Source: Mammaliicoccus sp. Dog046
GTDB lineage: Bacteria > Bacillota > Bacilli > Staphylococcales > Staphylococcaceae
Direction: 5' to 3'
DNA: 32,000 bases
Assembly (NCBI RefSeq): GCF_034039665.1
Contig: NZ_CP120131.1
Coordinates: forward strand, 1,008,446 to 1,040,445
The translations under genes and the position numbers were made by a program. Shown here piece by piece: positions 7,692-18,366 of the stretch. The notes under the pieces are model-generated. The model saw only the letters and a program-made list of their open reading frames with translations, was not told the DNA's origin and did not search any database. The stretch's first letter is position 1. The number at the start of each line of letters is the position of its first letter.

Positions 7692-8471
7692 ATGAAAAAA
7701 GGTATATTTTTAATTATTGCGTTAGTATTTGCATTAGCAGCATGTGGTAACAGCAATGGATCTAAAGAAAGTAGCAAGAAAGATGACAAAACATTAGTTG
7801 TAGGTACAGAAGGTACTTATGCACCATTTAGCTTTCATGATAAAAAAGATAAGTTAACTGGTTATGATATTGAAGTCACTAAAGCAGTAGCGAAAGAAAT
7901 GGGTTATAAAGTTAAATTTAAAGAAACACAATGGGATTCAATGTTTGCAGGTTTAGATGCAGGTCGTTTTGATATGGTTGCAAACCAAGTAGGTATTAAC
8001 GACGAAAGAAAAGCGAAATATAAATTCACTAAGCCATATACGTATTCTAAAGGTGTTTTAGTTGTTAACGAAAACAATAAAGATATTAAATCGTTCGATG
8101 ACGTAAAAGGTAAAAAATTAGCTCAAACGTTAACTTCAAATTATGGTAAATTAGCTCAATCTAAAGGTGCAGATATTACAAAAGTTGATGGATTTAACCA
8201 AGCAATGGATTTATTACAATCTAATCGTGTTGAAGGTACATTCAATGATAATGTTTCATATTTAGATTATAAAAAGCAAAAACCAAATGCTAAAATTAAA
8301 GCAATTCAAGGCGATGCAGAACAAAGTCAATCTGCATTTGCATTCAGTAAAAAACAAGATGACAAAGTAATTAATGACTTTAACAAAGGTCTTAAAAAAT
8401 TAAAAGATAATGGCGAATTAGAAAAAATAAGTAAAAAATGGTTTGGCGATAATGTTTCAGAACCTAAATGA
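7692..8471 (+). CDS. tcyA: Amino-acid ABC transporter substrate-binding lipoprotein, TcyA-like (L-cystine type)
   Basis: Signal peptide with a lipobox (LAAC-G). The family-3 SBP blocks GTEGTYAPFSF, KETQWDSMFAGL and ISKKWFG closely resemble Bacillus TcyA as I recall it. Confidence 0.7.
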   Translation: MKKGIFLIIALVFALAACGNSNGSKESSKKDDKTLVVGTEGTYAPFSFHDKKDKLTGYDIEVTKAVAKEMGYKVKFKETQWDSMFAGLDAGRFDMVANQVGINDERKAKYKFTKPYTYSKGVLVVNENNKDIKSFDDVKGKKLAQTLTSNYGKLAQSKGADITKVDGFNQAMDLLQSNRVEGTFNDNVSYLDYKKQKPNAKIKAIQGDAEQSQSAFAFSKKQDDKVINDFNKGLKKLKDNGELEKISKKWFGDNVSEPK

Positions 8472-9171
8472 TGAACAATTACATGCATTAAACGCTGCCA
8501 AACAAGCATTTCTTCCAATGGTCGAAGGATTAGTTAAATATTCAATTCCAATTACAATCGCTACGTTTATAATTGGATTGATATTAGCTTTACTTACTGC
8601 TTTAATGCGCATATCTAGTAGTAAAGTTCTAAAAGGAATTGCCCGTTTTTATGTATCAATCATTAGAGGAACACCTATGATTGTTCAACTGTTCATTATC
8701 TTTTACGGTATTCCTGAAATTGGTAGATTGGCAACGGGAAATGCAGATAACCAATTAACATTAGCCCCGGTGATCGCTGCAATTATAGGTTTGTCACTAA
8801 ACGTAGGTGCATATGCTTCTGAAATATTAAGAGGCGGTATTATGTCGATTCCTAAAGGACAAACTGAAGCGGCATACTCTATTGGCATGAATTATAAACA
8901 AACTGTACAACGTATTATTTTGCCACAAGCAATTCGTGTATCGGTACCTGCTTTAGGTAATACATTCTTAAGCTTAATTAAAGATACATCATTACTAGGT
9001 TTTATACTCGTTGCAGAAATGTTTAGAAAAGCACAAGAAGTTGCATCGACAACTTATGAATTCTTAACGATATATTTACTCGTTGCTATATTATATTGGG
9101 TTGTTTGTTTTATTATCTCAGTCATCCAATCTTATTATGAATCCTATATTGAAAGAGGGTATCGCTCATGA
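8443..9171 (+). CDS. tcyB: Amino-acid ABC transporter permease (His/Glu/Gln/Arg/opine family), TcyB-like
   Basis: Multi-pass membrane protein with the EAA-type loop ([22 protein letters not shown]). The start is ambiguous between TTG 8443 and ATG 8452. Both overlap the tcyA end. Confidence 0.75.
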   Translation: MAIMFQNLNDEQLHALNAAKQAFLPMVEGLVKYSIPITIATFIIGLILALLTALMRISSSKVLKGIARFYVSIIRGTPMIVQLFIIFYGIPEIGRLATGNADNQLTLAPVIAAIIGLSLNVGAYASEILRGGIMSIPKGQTEAAYSIGMNYKQTVQRIILPQAIRVSVPALGNTFLSLIKDTSLLGFILVAEMFRKAQEVASTTYEFLTIYLLVAILYWVVCFIISVIQSYYESYIERGYRS

Positions 9172-9896
9172 TTGAACTTCAAAATATTAAAAAATCTTTT
9201 AAAGATAAAGAAGTAATCAAGGGAATTGACCTTGCCGTTGATAAAGGTGAAGTGATTACTTTAATAGGAAGATCTGGATCTGGGAAGACGACATTGTTAA
9301 GAATGATGAATGCCCTAGAAATTCCAACTGAAGGTACAGTTCATGTTAATGGTGAAACGTATCAAGCAGATAATAAAAAGTCACAAATTAAAGTGAGAAA
9401 ACAATCTGGAATGGTATTTCAGAACTATAATTTATTCCCACACAAGACTGCAATAGAAAATGTGATGGAAGGTTTAATCACAGTTAAAAAGATTAATAAA
9501 AAGCAGGCATATGAAGAGGCTTTACAACTACTTATTAAAGTAGGATTAGAAAGTGTTAAAGATCAAAGACCTCATGCTTTATCTGGTGGACAACAACAAC
9601 GTGTTGCAATTGCAAGAGCGTTAGCGATGAATCCGAAAGTGATGTTATTTGATGAACCGACATCTGCATTAGATCCTGAACTTGTAAATGACGTTTTAAA
9701 AGTTATCAAAGATTTAGCAGATGAAGGAATGACAATGGTGATTGTTACTCATGAAATGAGATTTGCTAGAGAAGTTTCTGATAGAACCGTCTTTATAAAT
9801 GAAGGTTTAATCGGAGAGCAAGGACCACCAGAACAATTATTTACACAACCAAAAACAGAGGCATTAAAGAAATTCCTTAATGTCATTGAAGTTTAA
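9168..9896 (+). CDS. tcyC: Amino-acid ABC transporter ATP-binding protein, TcyC/GlnQ-like
   Basis: Walker [10 protein letters not shown], signature [15 protein letters not shown] and Walker [16 protein letters not shown] start/stop overlap with the permease gene. Confidence 0.85.
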   Translation: MIELQNIKKSFKDKEVIKGIDLAVDKGEVITLIGRSGSGKTTLLRMMNALEIPTEGTVHVNGETYQADNKKSQIKVRKQSGMVFQNYNLFPHKTAIENVMEGLITVKKINKKQAYEEALQLLIKVGLESVKDQRPHALSGGQQQRVAIARALAMNPKVMLFDEPTSALDPELVNDVLKVIKDLADEGMTMVIVTHEMRFAREVSDRTVFINEGLIGEQGPPEQLFTQPKTEALKKFLNVIEV

Positions 9897-9900
9897 ATAT

Positions 9901-9947
9901 AAACAAGCGTCTGGGACATAATGTAATGTCTCAGACGCTTGTTTTTA
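9901..9947 (+). terminator. Intrinsic terminator of the ABC transporter operon
   Basis: AAACAAGCGTCTGGGACAT (9901-9919), loop aatgta, ATGTCTCAGACGCTTGTTT (9926-9943) with one G-U pair, then a T-run. Confidence 0.85.
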
Positions 9948-10065
9948 TGTGGTTACAAAATTGTAAATTTAAACGTTCGAAAAATATTTAACATTTTGTA
10001 AAATTTTTATTCATGTTTCATTCTTTTGATTTTATAGTATAATCTTTTCTAAGGAGTGTGAATAA

Positions 10066-11082
10066 ATGGGGAATTTAAAATCTTTTTTTAATAGGACGAT
10101 TATTGATGGATTGAGTTATATGGCACTAGGTTTATTTAGTACATTAATTGTAGGTCTCATTATTGAAACGTTGGGACATACTTTAAATACATATTTCGAT
10201 ACGTCCTTATTAATAGAAATTGGCAAACTTGCTCAGCAGTTAACTGGTGCAGGTGTAGGGGTGGCAGTGAGTTATGGATTAGGTGCTTCACCGCTAATCA
10301 TTTTTGCAACAGCAGTAACAGGTATGTACGGTTATGAGCAAGGTGGTGCAGTTGGTAGTTATTTATCATCTGTATTTGCCAGTGAACTTGGTCGGTTTTA
10401 TTCTGGTAAGACTAAAATTGATATTATTTTATCGCCAATTTTAACTTTAATAATTGGTACGTGTATAGCAAAATTTATAGCACCATTTATAGATGTATTT
10501 ATGAAACAACTAGGAAGTTGGATTCAATTAAGCACGGAACAACAGCCATTATTAATGGGTATGTTTGTTAGTTTACTTGTTGGTATTACGTTAAGTAGTC
10601 CAATTTCAAGTGCAGCATTATCGTTAATGCTAGGTTTAAGTGGTACAGCCGCTGCTGCTGCAACAATCGGTGGTTGTTGTCACATGATTGGATTTGCGGT
10701 TACGAGTTATAAAGATAATGGTATTTCAGGTGTCATCGCGCATGGTATCGGAACGAGTAAATTACAAATTCCAAATTACTTGAAGCAACCATTTATTTTA
10801 ATTCCACCTGTTGTGGCAAGTATAATTGTGGCGCCTATTATGACAGTATTCTGGCCGATGGAGAACAATGCAGCGGGTGCTGGAATGGGGTCAAGTGGAC
10901 TTGTAGGTCAAATTATGACAATAAAAACAATGGGTTCAAGTACTGAAGTTTGGTTACAGATTGCCTTTTTCCACTTTTTATTACCAGCAGTAATCAGTCT
11001 GTTTGTTTACCACATACTCAAAAAATATAATATAATTAAAGACGGGCAACAAAAATTAATGATTGGAAGTGTGAAAAAATGA
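10066..11082 (+). CDS. Polytopic membrane protein, PTS_EIIC_2-like family (function unknown)
   Basis: 338 aa, very hydrophobic and Gly/Ala-rich, with multiple predicted TM segments. AAGGAG RBS upstream. The family assignment is from memory of staphylococcal annotations and was not verified. Confidence 0.55.
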   Translation: MGNLKSFFNRTIIDGLSYMALGLFSTLIVGLIIETLGHTLNTYFDTSLLIEIGKLAQQLTGAGVGVAVSYGLGASPLIIFATAVTGMYGYEQGGAVGSYLSSVFASELGRFYSGKTKIDIILSPILTLIIGTCIAKFIAPFIDVFMKQLGSWIQLSTEQQPLLMGMFVSLLVGITLSSPISSAALSLMLGLSGTAAAAATIGGCCHMIGFAVTSYKDNGISGVIAHGIGTSKLQIPNYLKQPFILIPPVVASIIVAPIMTVFWPMENNAAGAGMGSSGLVGQIMTIKTMGSSTEVWLQIAFFHFLLPAVISLFVYHILKKYNIIKDGQQKLMIGSVKK

Positions 11083-11393
11083 AACAATTAACATCAATGG
11101 AAGAATTTAAAACATTAACAAATGAACCTACTATTTTTATGTTTACAGCATCTTGGTGTCCGGATTGTCATTTTATTGATCCTGAATTACCAGATTTAGA
11201 AGCTAAATATAATCAATATCAATTTGTTTCAGTTGATAGAGATCAATTTATCGATTTATGCCAAGAAGTTGATGTCATGGGTATTCCTAGTTTTATTGCA
11301 TATGATAAACAACAAGAACTTGGTAGATATGTCGGCAAAGAAAGAAAAACAATTCCACAAATCAGTGAATTTATAGATGGATTAACAAAATAA
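11079..11393 (+). CDS. ytpP: Thioredoxin-family protein, YtpP-like
   Basis: 104 aa with the WCPDC active site and a thioredoxin fold length. It lies upstream of ytpQ-ytpR as in B. subtilis. ATGA overlap with the preceding membrane-protein gene. Confidence 0.8.
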   Translation: MKQLTSMEEFKTLTNEPTIFMFTASWCPDCHFIDPELPDLEAKYNQYQFVSVDRDQFIDLCQEVDVMGIPSFIAYDKQQELGRYVGKERKTIPQISEFIDGLTK

Positions 11394-11400
11394 AAGATAT

Positions 11401-11458
11401 AAAAAAACAGGTCGGATAAAAGTTACTTTTATTTTCGAATAGCCTGTTTTTTTTATTT
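11401..11458 (+). terminator. Probable intrinsic terminator after ytpP
   Basis: AAAAAAACAGG ... CCTGTTTTTTTT enclose an imperfect internal stem (AAAAG tta CTTTT), followed by an 8-T run. Confidence 0.6.
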
Positions 11459-11548
11459 TGCAGAAGTTGAAATATATAAGTTTATCACTGTTACATCATG
11501 ATGTTTTGTTGTAAACTATAGAGAGGTATAAAATTAGGAGTGTTATAA

Positions 11549-12424
11549 ATGAATGTCTTTCAAATGAGAGATTTATTGAAGCAAAGATTGAAATCATTAA
11601 ATGCAAATTTTAAATTTGATCGCGAAGATGAAAGTTTAAGAATCGAGCGAGTTGATAATCAAAAAGGTCTCTCTGTTAAATTAGCACCAATCATTGCTAA
11701 GTATAAAGACAACGGTGATAAAACGATTGATGAAATTGTTTATTACGTAACAGAGACGATTAATGCAATGCAAGATGAATCTACTAAAGAAGTTAATAAA
11801 ATAGAAATACTACCTGTTATACGTTCAACGAGTTTCCATAAAGAAACGAAAGAGGGGAGACTCTTTATAATCGATGAACATACGGCAGAAACAAATATTT
11901 ACTATGCTTTGGATTTAGGCAATACGTATCGTCTTATCGATGAATCAATGCGTACGGACCTCAAATTAACAAACGAACAAATTAAAGAACAAGCTTTATT
12001 TAATATTAAAAAAAGACCAACAACATATAAAACTGATGAATTACAAGGTAATATATTCTACTTTGTAAATACGAATGACGGTTATGATGCATCACGCATT
12101 TTAAATCAATCATTTTTAAAAGATGTTTTTAATAATATTGAGGGAGAAATGCTTCTAGCGACACCTCATCAAGATGTACTAGTAATATGTGATATTAGAA
12201 ATGAAATTGGCTATGATATTGTGGCACAAATGACTATGCAATTTTTCCAAAATGGTCTCGTACCGATTACATCATTATCGTTCTCGTACACACCTGAAAA
12301 AGATTTAGAACCTATATTTATTTTAGGGAAAAATCATTCACGTAAACGAAACCAAGAAGTGATTGATCGACTTGAAAAAAACAGGGAAATATTTAAACAA
12401 ATGAAATCAAATGAGAAGAAATGA
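11549..12424 (+). CDS. ytpQ: DUF1444/UPF0354 family protein, YtpQ-like
   Basis: 291-aa ORF with an AGGAG RBS. The N-terminus ([27 protein letters not shown]) and its position before ytpR match YtpQ. Confidence 0.7.
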   Translation: MNVFQMRDLLKQRLKSLNANFKFDREDESLRIERVDNQKGLSVKLAPIIAKYKDNGDKTIDEIVYYVTETINAMQDESTKEVNKIEILPVIRSTSFHKETKEGRLFIIDEHTAETNIYYALDLGNTYRLIDESMRTDLKLTNEQIKEQALFNIKKRPTTYKTDELQGNIFYFVNTNDGYDASRILNQSFLKDVFNNIEGEMLLATPHQDVLVICDIRNEIGYDIVAQMTMQFFQNGLVPITSLSFSYTPEKDLEPIFILGKNHSRKRNQEVIDRLEKNREIFKQMKSNEKK

Positions 12425-12439
12425 TAAGGAGCTTATAAA

Positions 12440-13045
12440 ATGAATTTATTTTACAACAAACACGGCGTAGGGGACGTATTAATGGTTACAATTGAACCTA
12501 CAAATGAAAACTTAGAATATACATTAAAAAAAGACATCACAATTATTAAGAGTGACGATAAAATCGTTGGATTTAACATTTTTAACGCTTCTAAGTACGT
12601 TCAAATAGAAGGTGCTGGCAATATCAAAACTGAAGAAAAACATATAAGTAGCATTCAAGATTTATTAGAAAGTGAAAGCATCGATTATAAATTAGATGTT
12701 GACTTGTCACCTAAATTTGTAATAGGGTATGTAAAAGAAAAATCAAAGCATCCTGATGCTGATAAATTATCAGTGTGCCAAGTTGATGTTGGTAATGAAA
12801 CATTACAAATTGTTTGTGGTGCGCCAAACATAGATCAAGATCAAAAAGTAGTAGTCGCTAAAGTTGGCGCTGTAATGCCGAGCGGTATGCTTATTAAAGA
12901 TGCGGAATTACGTGGTGTTCCATCAAGTGGCATGATTTGTTCAATGAAAGAACTTGAATTGGAAGGTGCCCCAAAAGAAAAAGGTATAATGGTATTAGAT
13001 GATAGTTATACTGTAGGAACACCATTCTTTGAAGACGAAAGGTAG
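12440..13045 (+). CDS. ytpR: tRNA-binding-domain protein (CsaA/Trbp111-like C-terminal OB fold), YtpR-like
   Basis: The C-terminal block [33 protein letters not shown] is the classic tRNA-binding OB domain. Synteny with ytpQ and the translocase gene supports the call. Confidence 0.8.
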   Translation: MNLFYNKHGVGDVLMVTIEPTNENLEYTLKKDITIIKSDDKIVGFNIFNASKYVQIEGAGNIKTEEKHISSIQDLLESESIDYKLDVDLSPKFVIGYVKEKSKHPDADKLSVCQVDVGNETLQIVCGAPNIDQDQKVVVAKVGAVMPSGMLIKDAELRGVPSSGMICSMKELELEGAPKEKGIMVLDDSYTVGTPFFEDER

Positions 13046-13052
13046 TGAACCT

Positions 13053-16000
13053 ATGAGTTGGTTTGATGATATATTCGGTCAATCTAAAGATAATCAAAAA
13101 AATGAAAAACCAAATAATCAAAATTCATCTGTAGATTATGAAGCTGAAAATGAGCCTGGTACTGATGAAGTCTATAAAAGACCGAAAGGTAAATTTAGGT
13201 TTCCGATACAAATGGAATATGAAGCATCTGATGAAGAAGTAAATAATCAAATGCATGAAAATACTGATGATTATGAACGTGAACAGTCAGATCAAAGATT
13301 TTATGTAGAAAAAGAACCTTCTTATTCTACAAATAGAAGAAGACGTAGAAGAAATCAAAATAGTGGTCAACAATCGTTTAATCAACAAGAGAGTAAAAGT
13401 AATAAAGGATATCGTTCAAATAATAATTATTCTTCTTATGAACCACAATCAAAAGCAAACAAACGTAGTAGTTATAAATACCAAGAAGATACTGACTTTA
13501 ATGAAAGATTGAATTCATTACATCAACCTAAATTTAAAGCGTCAGAAGTACCTTCTGCAATTTTTGGTATGAGAAAACAAAAAGATGTTCCAAATAGTGG
13601 CTTAAGAGATCATCATACGTCACAGGAATCAACACGCCCTGATTCTGAGCAAAGTCATGTTCAAAAATCAGAAACTAACAATACAAATCAAAATGATACT
13701 AAGCAATCTGTACAAGAAGTTCCAAACTATTCTAAAACAGATAATACGATTAATATCGAAAATATTTATGCTTCTCAAATTGTATCTGAGATAAGAAAAG
13801 AACGTGAAAAGAAACTTCAAAAGAAAAAACAATTTGAACAAGCATTGAAAGAAAAACGTGAAAAAGAACGACAAAATTCAACAACGCCAGAAGAACATTC
13901 ACAAGTTGAAAATCAAGATTACTTATTGAAACAACGAGCATCGTTTATTAAACAAGATCCTGATGAGCGTTCAAATGCTGATGATACGACTTCTGAGGCG
14001 TTGAATGATCAGCAAGAGGACGTAATGTCATTACAACCAGATGTAAATGATTTAACTACATATGAATTTAAAGAAATAAATTTAGATTTTGAGGAAGAAA
14101 CGCCTGTAAATCAAAATGAAAGCAATGAATATGAAGATGTTGAAACAAGCGAAATAACTTCTGAAATAAATGAAGCGTATGAAGAAACAGCAACTTCGGA
14201 TGATCAATTTGATATAGAAGATATAGAGCTCGAAGAACAACCAGATGAAGTAACATCTAATATTGACCTTACATTTGAAGAAGAACCAACAACTGAAGAA
14301 TCGGTTGATGAAGTAGAAACTTTCGAAGATACAAATAGCGTGAATGATACACAACAAGAAGAAACAAATATTGAAGAAGCTGAACATGTCTATGAAAATG
14401 AACATGAAGTCTTTGATTCACAAGAACAAGAACTAACTTTTTATAATGATGAATCGGATGAATCATCATATAATGTAGAAGACGTTGAAGTAGTAGAAGA
14501 AGTGGATGAAGAGCTAGACCCAGAACTGGAACAAGAACAAGAGGCAGAAACAGTTATTGAAAGTATTTCAAATGATGAAGAGAAACAAGCAGAAGTGATT
14601 GACGTTTCTCCAGAACAAGTTAATGAAGAACAAGAAGTGACTTCAACTGAGCCAATTTCTCAAGAAGAAGTGAAACCATCACTTGAACCAGTACTTAAAC
14701 CGAGTGGTAGTAGAACATCTTCTCCATTTAATGTTGTAATGACACCTTCAGATAAACGGAAAAATCAACTATTTAAAAAAGCTAGTAGTCCACAATTAAA
14801 AGTAAATCAATCCTCAACTCTAGATCAGGAGAAGGAATCTGAAGAGACTAATGAAGAAAATGAAACACAACCTACTAAACGAAAAGGGCCACTTTATGTG
14901 TTACCACCAGTATCTATACTAGATGATGTAGTAGAACAAGAAGATAATACAGAATGGTTAGAAGAGAAGAAAGAAGAACTAAATGAAGCATTTTATCATT
15001 TTAATGTTCCTGCGAAAGTTGTGAATATGATACAAGGACCAACAGTAACTAGATTTGAATTATCTGTTGAAAAAGGTGTGAAAGTGTCTCGTATAACGGC
15101 ACTTCAAGATGATATAAAAATGGCATTGGCAGCTAAAGATATAAGAATTGAAGCACCTATACCAGGTACGAACTTAGTAGGAATTGAAGTACCAAATCAA
15201 GATCCTAAGAAAATTCCACTTGGTCAAATGATTACTTCGAAGGCATTTCAACAAGCTGAGAGTAAATTAACAGTTGCAATGGGCTTCAAAATTAATAACG
15301 AACCTTTATTAATGGATATTGCTAAAACGCCGCATGCGCTTATTGCCGGTGCAACAGGATCTGGTAAATCTGTGTGTATTAATGCGATTTTAACAAGCTT
15401 ATTATATAAGAATCATCCAGATGAATTGAAATTGTTATTGATTGACCCTAAAATGGTAGAACTTGCGCCATATAATGATTTGCCACATTTAGTTGCACCA
15501 GTGATTACAGATGTAAAAGCAGCAACTGCGAGTTTAAAATGGGCAGTTGAAGAAATGGAAAGAAGATACAAAAGATTTGCAGAATTGCATGTAAGAAACA
15601 TTACTGCATTTAATAAGAAAGCAAATTATGAGCAAAGAATGGCAAAAATCATTATAGTTATAGATGAACTTGCTGATTTAATGATGATGTCACCTCAAGA
15701 AGTAGAACAATCTATTGCTAGAATTGCTCAAAAAGCAAGAGCATGTGGTATTCATATGATTCTTGCAACACAAAGACCTTCAGTTAATGTTATAACTGGA
15801 TTAATTAAGGCAAATGTACCAACTAGAATTTCATTTATGGTATCATCTTCAATAGACTCTAGAACGATTCTTGATGTTGGCGGAGCAGAAAAATTACTCG
15901 GCAACGGTGATATGTTGTATCTTGGTAATGGTATGAATAAACCAATCAGGGTTCAAGGTGCTTTTGTGTCAGATGATGAAATTGATGAAACAGTATCGAA

Positions 16001-16292
16001 TGTAAGTAGTCAAATGAAACCAAACTATTTATTCAAGGAAGAATCTTTATTAAAAAAAGTAAATGAACAACCAGCAGACGCATTATTTGATGATGTTTGT
16101 GAATTTATGGTAAATGAAGGTCATATATCTACTTCATTGATACAACGACATTTCCAAATTGGCTATAATAGAGCAGCTCGAATGATAGATAATTTAGAAG
16201 AAAGAGGATTTATTTCAGGTCCGAATGGTTCTAAACCTAGAGATGTTTTAATTACTAAAGATATGATAGAAGAAAATGAAACTAACATATAA
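13053..16292 (+). CDS. ftsK: FtsK/SpoIIIE-family DNA translocase, soluble SftA (YtpS/T) type
   Basis: The C-terminal motor has Walker A GATGSGKSV, Walker B IVIDELADLMM and the gamma winged-helix domain (IQRHFQIGYNRAARMIDNLEERG). No hydrophobic N-terminal segments are present. The probable start is ATG 13053 (MSWFDD). The ORF track start at 13029 overlaps ytpR. Confidence 0.9.
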   Translation: MSWFDDIFGQSKDNQKNEKPNNQNSSVDYEAENEPGTDEVYKRPKGKFRFPIQMEYEASDEEVNNQMHENTDDYEREQSDQRFYVEKEPSYSTNRRRRRRNQNSGQQSFNQQESKSNKGYRSNNNYSSYEPQSKANKRSSYKYQEDTDFNERLNSLHQPKFKASEVPSAIFGMRKQKDVPNSGLRDHHTSQESTRPDSEQSHVQKSETNNTNQNDTKQSVQEVPNYSKTDNTINIENIYASQIVSEIRKEREKKLQKKKQFEQALKEKREKERQNSTTPEEHSQVENQDYLLKQRASFIKQDPDERSNADDTTSEALNDQQEDVMSLQPDVNDLTTYEFKEINLDFEEETPVNQNESNEYEDVETSEITSEINEAYEETATSDDQFDIEDIELEEQPDEVTSNIDLTFEEEPTTEESVDEVETFEDTNSVNDTQQEETNIEEAEHVYENEHEVFDSQEQELTFYNDESDESSYNVEDVEVVEEVDEELDPELEQEQEAETVIESISNDEEKQAEVIDVSPEQVNEEQEVTSTEPISQEEVKPSLEPVLKPSGSRTSSPFNVVMTPSDKRKNQLFKKASSPQLKVNQSSTLDQEKESEETNEENETQPTKRKGPLYVLPPVSILDDVVEQEDNTEWLEEKKEELNEAFYHFNVPAKVVNMIQGPTVTRFELSVEKGVKVSRITALQDDIKMALAAKDIRIEAPIPGTNLVGIEVPNQDPKKIPLGQMITSKAFQQAESKLTVAMGFKINNEPLLMDIAKTPHALIAGATGSGKSVCINAILTSLLYKNHPDELKLLLIDPKMVELAPYNDLPHLVAPVITDVKAATASLKWAVEEMERRYKRFAELHVRNITAFNKKANYEQRMAKIIIVIDELADLMMMSPQEVEQSIARIAQKARACGIHMILATQRPSVNVITGLIKANVPTRISFMVSSSIDSRTILDVGGAEKLLGNGDMLYLGNGMNKPIRVQGAFVSDDEIDETVSNVSSQMKPNYLFKEESLLKKVNEQPADALFDDVCEFMVNEGHISTSLIQRHFQIGYNRAARMIDNLEERGFISGPNGSKPRDVLITKDMIEENETNI

Positions 16293-16314
16293 GAAATAGA
16301 AGGAGTGACATGAA

Positions 16315-17622
16315 ATGACATTATATCATTTTGTTGGAATTAAAGGTGCAGGGATGAGTTCATTAGCGCAAATCATGCATGATATGGGCCATAGCGTTCA
16401 AGGTTCTGATATTGAGAATACAGTTTTTACAGAAGTTGCATTGCGAAATAAAGGCATTAAAATATTGCCATTTGACGTTGAAAATGTACAAGAAGGAATG
16501 ACAATGATAGCAGGAAATGCATTTCCTGATACACATCCAGAAATTGCGAAAGCCTATGAGTTAGGTATTGAAGTTAAACGTTATCATATATTCTTAGGTG
16601 AATTTATGTCTCAATATACTTCTGTAGCTGTAACAGGTGCACACGGTAAAACATCAACTACTGGTCTATTATCACACGTAATGAACGGTGATAAAAAGAC
16701 GTCATTCTTAATTGGTGACGGTACAGGTATGGGTATGCCAGATAGTAGTTATTTTGCTTTTGAAGCATGTGAATATAGAAGGCATTTCTTAAGTTATTAT
16801 CCTGATTACGCAATTATGACGAATATTGACTTTGATCATCCTGATTACTTTAAAGATTTACAAGATGTTACAAACGCATTCCAAGAAATGGCGAATAATG
16901 TCCGAAAAGGAATTGTCGCTTGGGGTAATGATACAGAACTTAAAAAAATACAAGCAGATGTTCCAATCTATTTCTATGGTTTTGAGAACGACAATGATAT
17001 ATATGCTGAAAACATAGAAACATCATCAAAAGGAACAACATTTGATGTTTACTTTAAAGAAGGCAAAAAACATATTGGTACATTTACGACGCCTATGTAC
17101 GGTGATCACCATGTACTTAATGCATTAGCTGTTATTGCTGTTTGTCACTTAGAGAAATTAGATATTGAAAATATAAGAGAAGCACTTTTAACTTTCGGTG
17201 GCGTTAAACGTAGATTTAGTGAAAGTTATCATGCTAATCAAATCCTAATTGATGATTATGCACATCATCCTAGAGAGATCAATGCTACAATTGAATCAGC
17301 AAGAAAAAAATATCCTGAAAATGAAGTTATTGCTGTATTCCAGCCACATACATTTTCTAGAACTGAAACGTTCTTAAATGAATTTGCAGAAAGTTTAAAT
17401 CGTGCAGATAAAGTATACTTATGTGACATTTTCGGATCTATTAGAGAACAACAAGGTGAATTAACGATTTATGATTTGAAAGACCTTGTAGAGAATTCAG
17501 ATTTAATTAATGAAGAAACAGTTTCTCAACTCAATAAACATACTAATGGTGTTATACTATTTATGGGTGCTGGAGACATTCAAAAGATACAAAAAGCTTA
17601 TGTTTCTACACTAACAGTTTAA
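16315..17622 (+). CDS. murC: UDP-N-acetylmuramate--L-alanine ligase
   Basis: [13 protein letters not shown], the P-loop GAHGKTSTT and DDYAHHP are Mur ligase/MurC hallmarks. GAAGGAG lies 9 nt upstream of the ATG. Confidence 0.95.
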   Translation: MTLYHFVGIKGAGMSSLAQIMHDMGHSVQGSDIENTVFTEVALRNKGIKILPFDVENVQEGMTMIAGNAFPDTHPEIAKAYELGIEVKRYHIFLGEFMSQYTSVAVTGAHGKTSTTGLLSHVMNGDKKTSFLIGDGTGMGMPDSSYFAFEACEYRRHFLSYYPDYAIMTNIDFDHPDYFKDLQDVTNAFQEMANNVRKGIVAWGNDTELKKIQADVPIYFYGFENDNDIYAENIETSSKGTTFDVYFKEGKKHIGTFTTPMYGDHHVLNALAVIAVCHLEKLDIENIREALLTFGGVKRRFSESYHANQILIDDYAHHPREINATIESARKKYPENEVIAVFQPHTFSRTETFLNEFAESLNRADKVYLCDIFGSIREQQGELTIYDLKDLVENSDLINEETVSQLNKHTNGVILFMGAGDIQKIQKAYVSTLTV

Positions 17623-17631
17623 CCAATATAT

Positions 17632-17656
17632 GTTTATACTAAGTGATTGAGGGTAT
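17632..17656 (+). promoter_or_regulatory. SigB-type promoter upstream of the DUF948/YtxH stress genes
   Basis: GTTTAT (17632-17637), 13-nt spacer, GGGTAT (17651-17656). The firmicute SigB consensus is GTTTAA-N12-15-GGGTAT. The site is about 55 nt upstream of ATG 17713. Confidence 0.6.
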
Positions 17657-17712
17657 AATTTATTAGTAAATCATATAATTTTTAGTTTTTTAAATATTAG
17701 GAGGCGTTTAGT

Positions 17713-18264
17713 ATGGATTGGTTATTACCATTAGCAGGTATTATTGCTGCTGTTGCATTTCTTGTAATCTGTGTTGTTTTAGCACTATTCTTAATGCAAC
17801 TATTAAAGACAGTTAAAGGGATCAATGAAACATTAGATGGCATTCAAGGCCAAATTCAAGGTATTACGCGTGAATCTACAGATTTACTGCACAAAGCAAA
17901 CCGCTTAACTGAAGATATTCAAGATAAATCTTTACGATTAAATTCAGTTGTAGATGCAGTTAAAGGTGTTGGAGATTCAGTTCAAACATTGAATACTTCA
18001 GTAGATAGAGTTACAAATTCTATCACACACAATATCTCTCAAAATGAAGATAAGATTTCACAAGTGGTACAATGGTCTAACGTTGCAATGGAAGTTGCAG
18101 ATAAATGGCAATTAAGAAGAGATCGTAGAAGTCACGTATCATTTAAAAATAATGCTACTACTTCTAAAGATTTTGAAGCAAAAGTACCAAAAGATTATAA
18201 TGAAAAATCAACAACAGGTGACAACCTGGATGAAGATAAAATTAATGCAGGATTAAACAAATAA
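17713..18264 (+). CDS. DUF948 domain membrane-anchored general-stress-type protein (YtxG-like)
   Basis: N-terminal TM helix followed by a coiled-coil-like region (ETLDGIQGQIQGITRESTDLL). It follows murC as ytxG does in B. subtilis and is preceded by a SigB-type promoter. Confidence 0.7.
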   Translation: MDWLLPLAGIIAAVAFLVICVVLALFLMQLLKTVKGINETLDGIQGQIQGITRESTDLLHKANRLTEDIQDKSLRLNSVVDAVKGVGDSVQTLNTSVDRVTNSITHNISQNEDKISQVVQWSNVAMEVADKWQLRRDRRSHVSFKNNATTSKDFEAKVPKDYNEKSTTGDNLDEDKINAGLNK

Positions 18265-18307
18265 TTTTATCTTTGCAATACAATTAGAATCACTTAACTT
18301 AAGGAAT

Positions 18308-18346
18308 AAAGGCTGAGGCATTTATGTCCCAGCCTCTTATTTTAAT
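18308..18346 (+). terminator. Probable terminator or attenuating hairpin between the DUF948 and YtxH genes
   Basis: GGCTGAGG (with a bulged A) pairs with CCCAGCC, followed by TCTTATTTT. Confidence 0.5.
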
Positions 18347-18366
18347 TAATCTAGGAGGAATATAAA

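Noticed and set aside
9953-10001. Inverted repeat TTACAAAAT ... ATTTTGTAA separated by 31 nt, upstream of the membrane-protein gene.
   Set aside because: It is short, entirely AT-rich and widely spaced, so it is compatible with chance. No matching operator consensus was recognised.
13668-14469. A cluster of minus-strand ORFs (62-107 aa) antisense to the translocase gene.
   Set aside because: The sense strand is GAA/GAT/AAA-rich low-complexity coding sequence. Its complement is TTC/ATC/TTT-rich and stop-poor, which gives Phe/Leu/Ile-rich artefactual ORFs. The sense frame carries clear FtsK motifs downstream in the same ORF.
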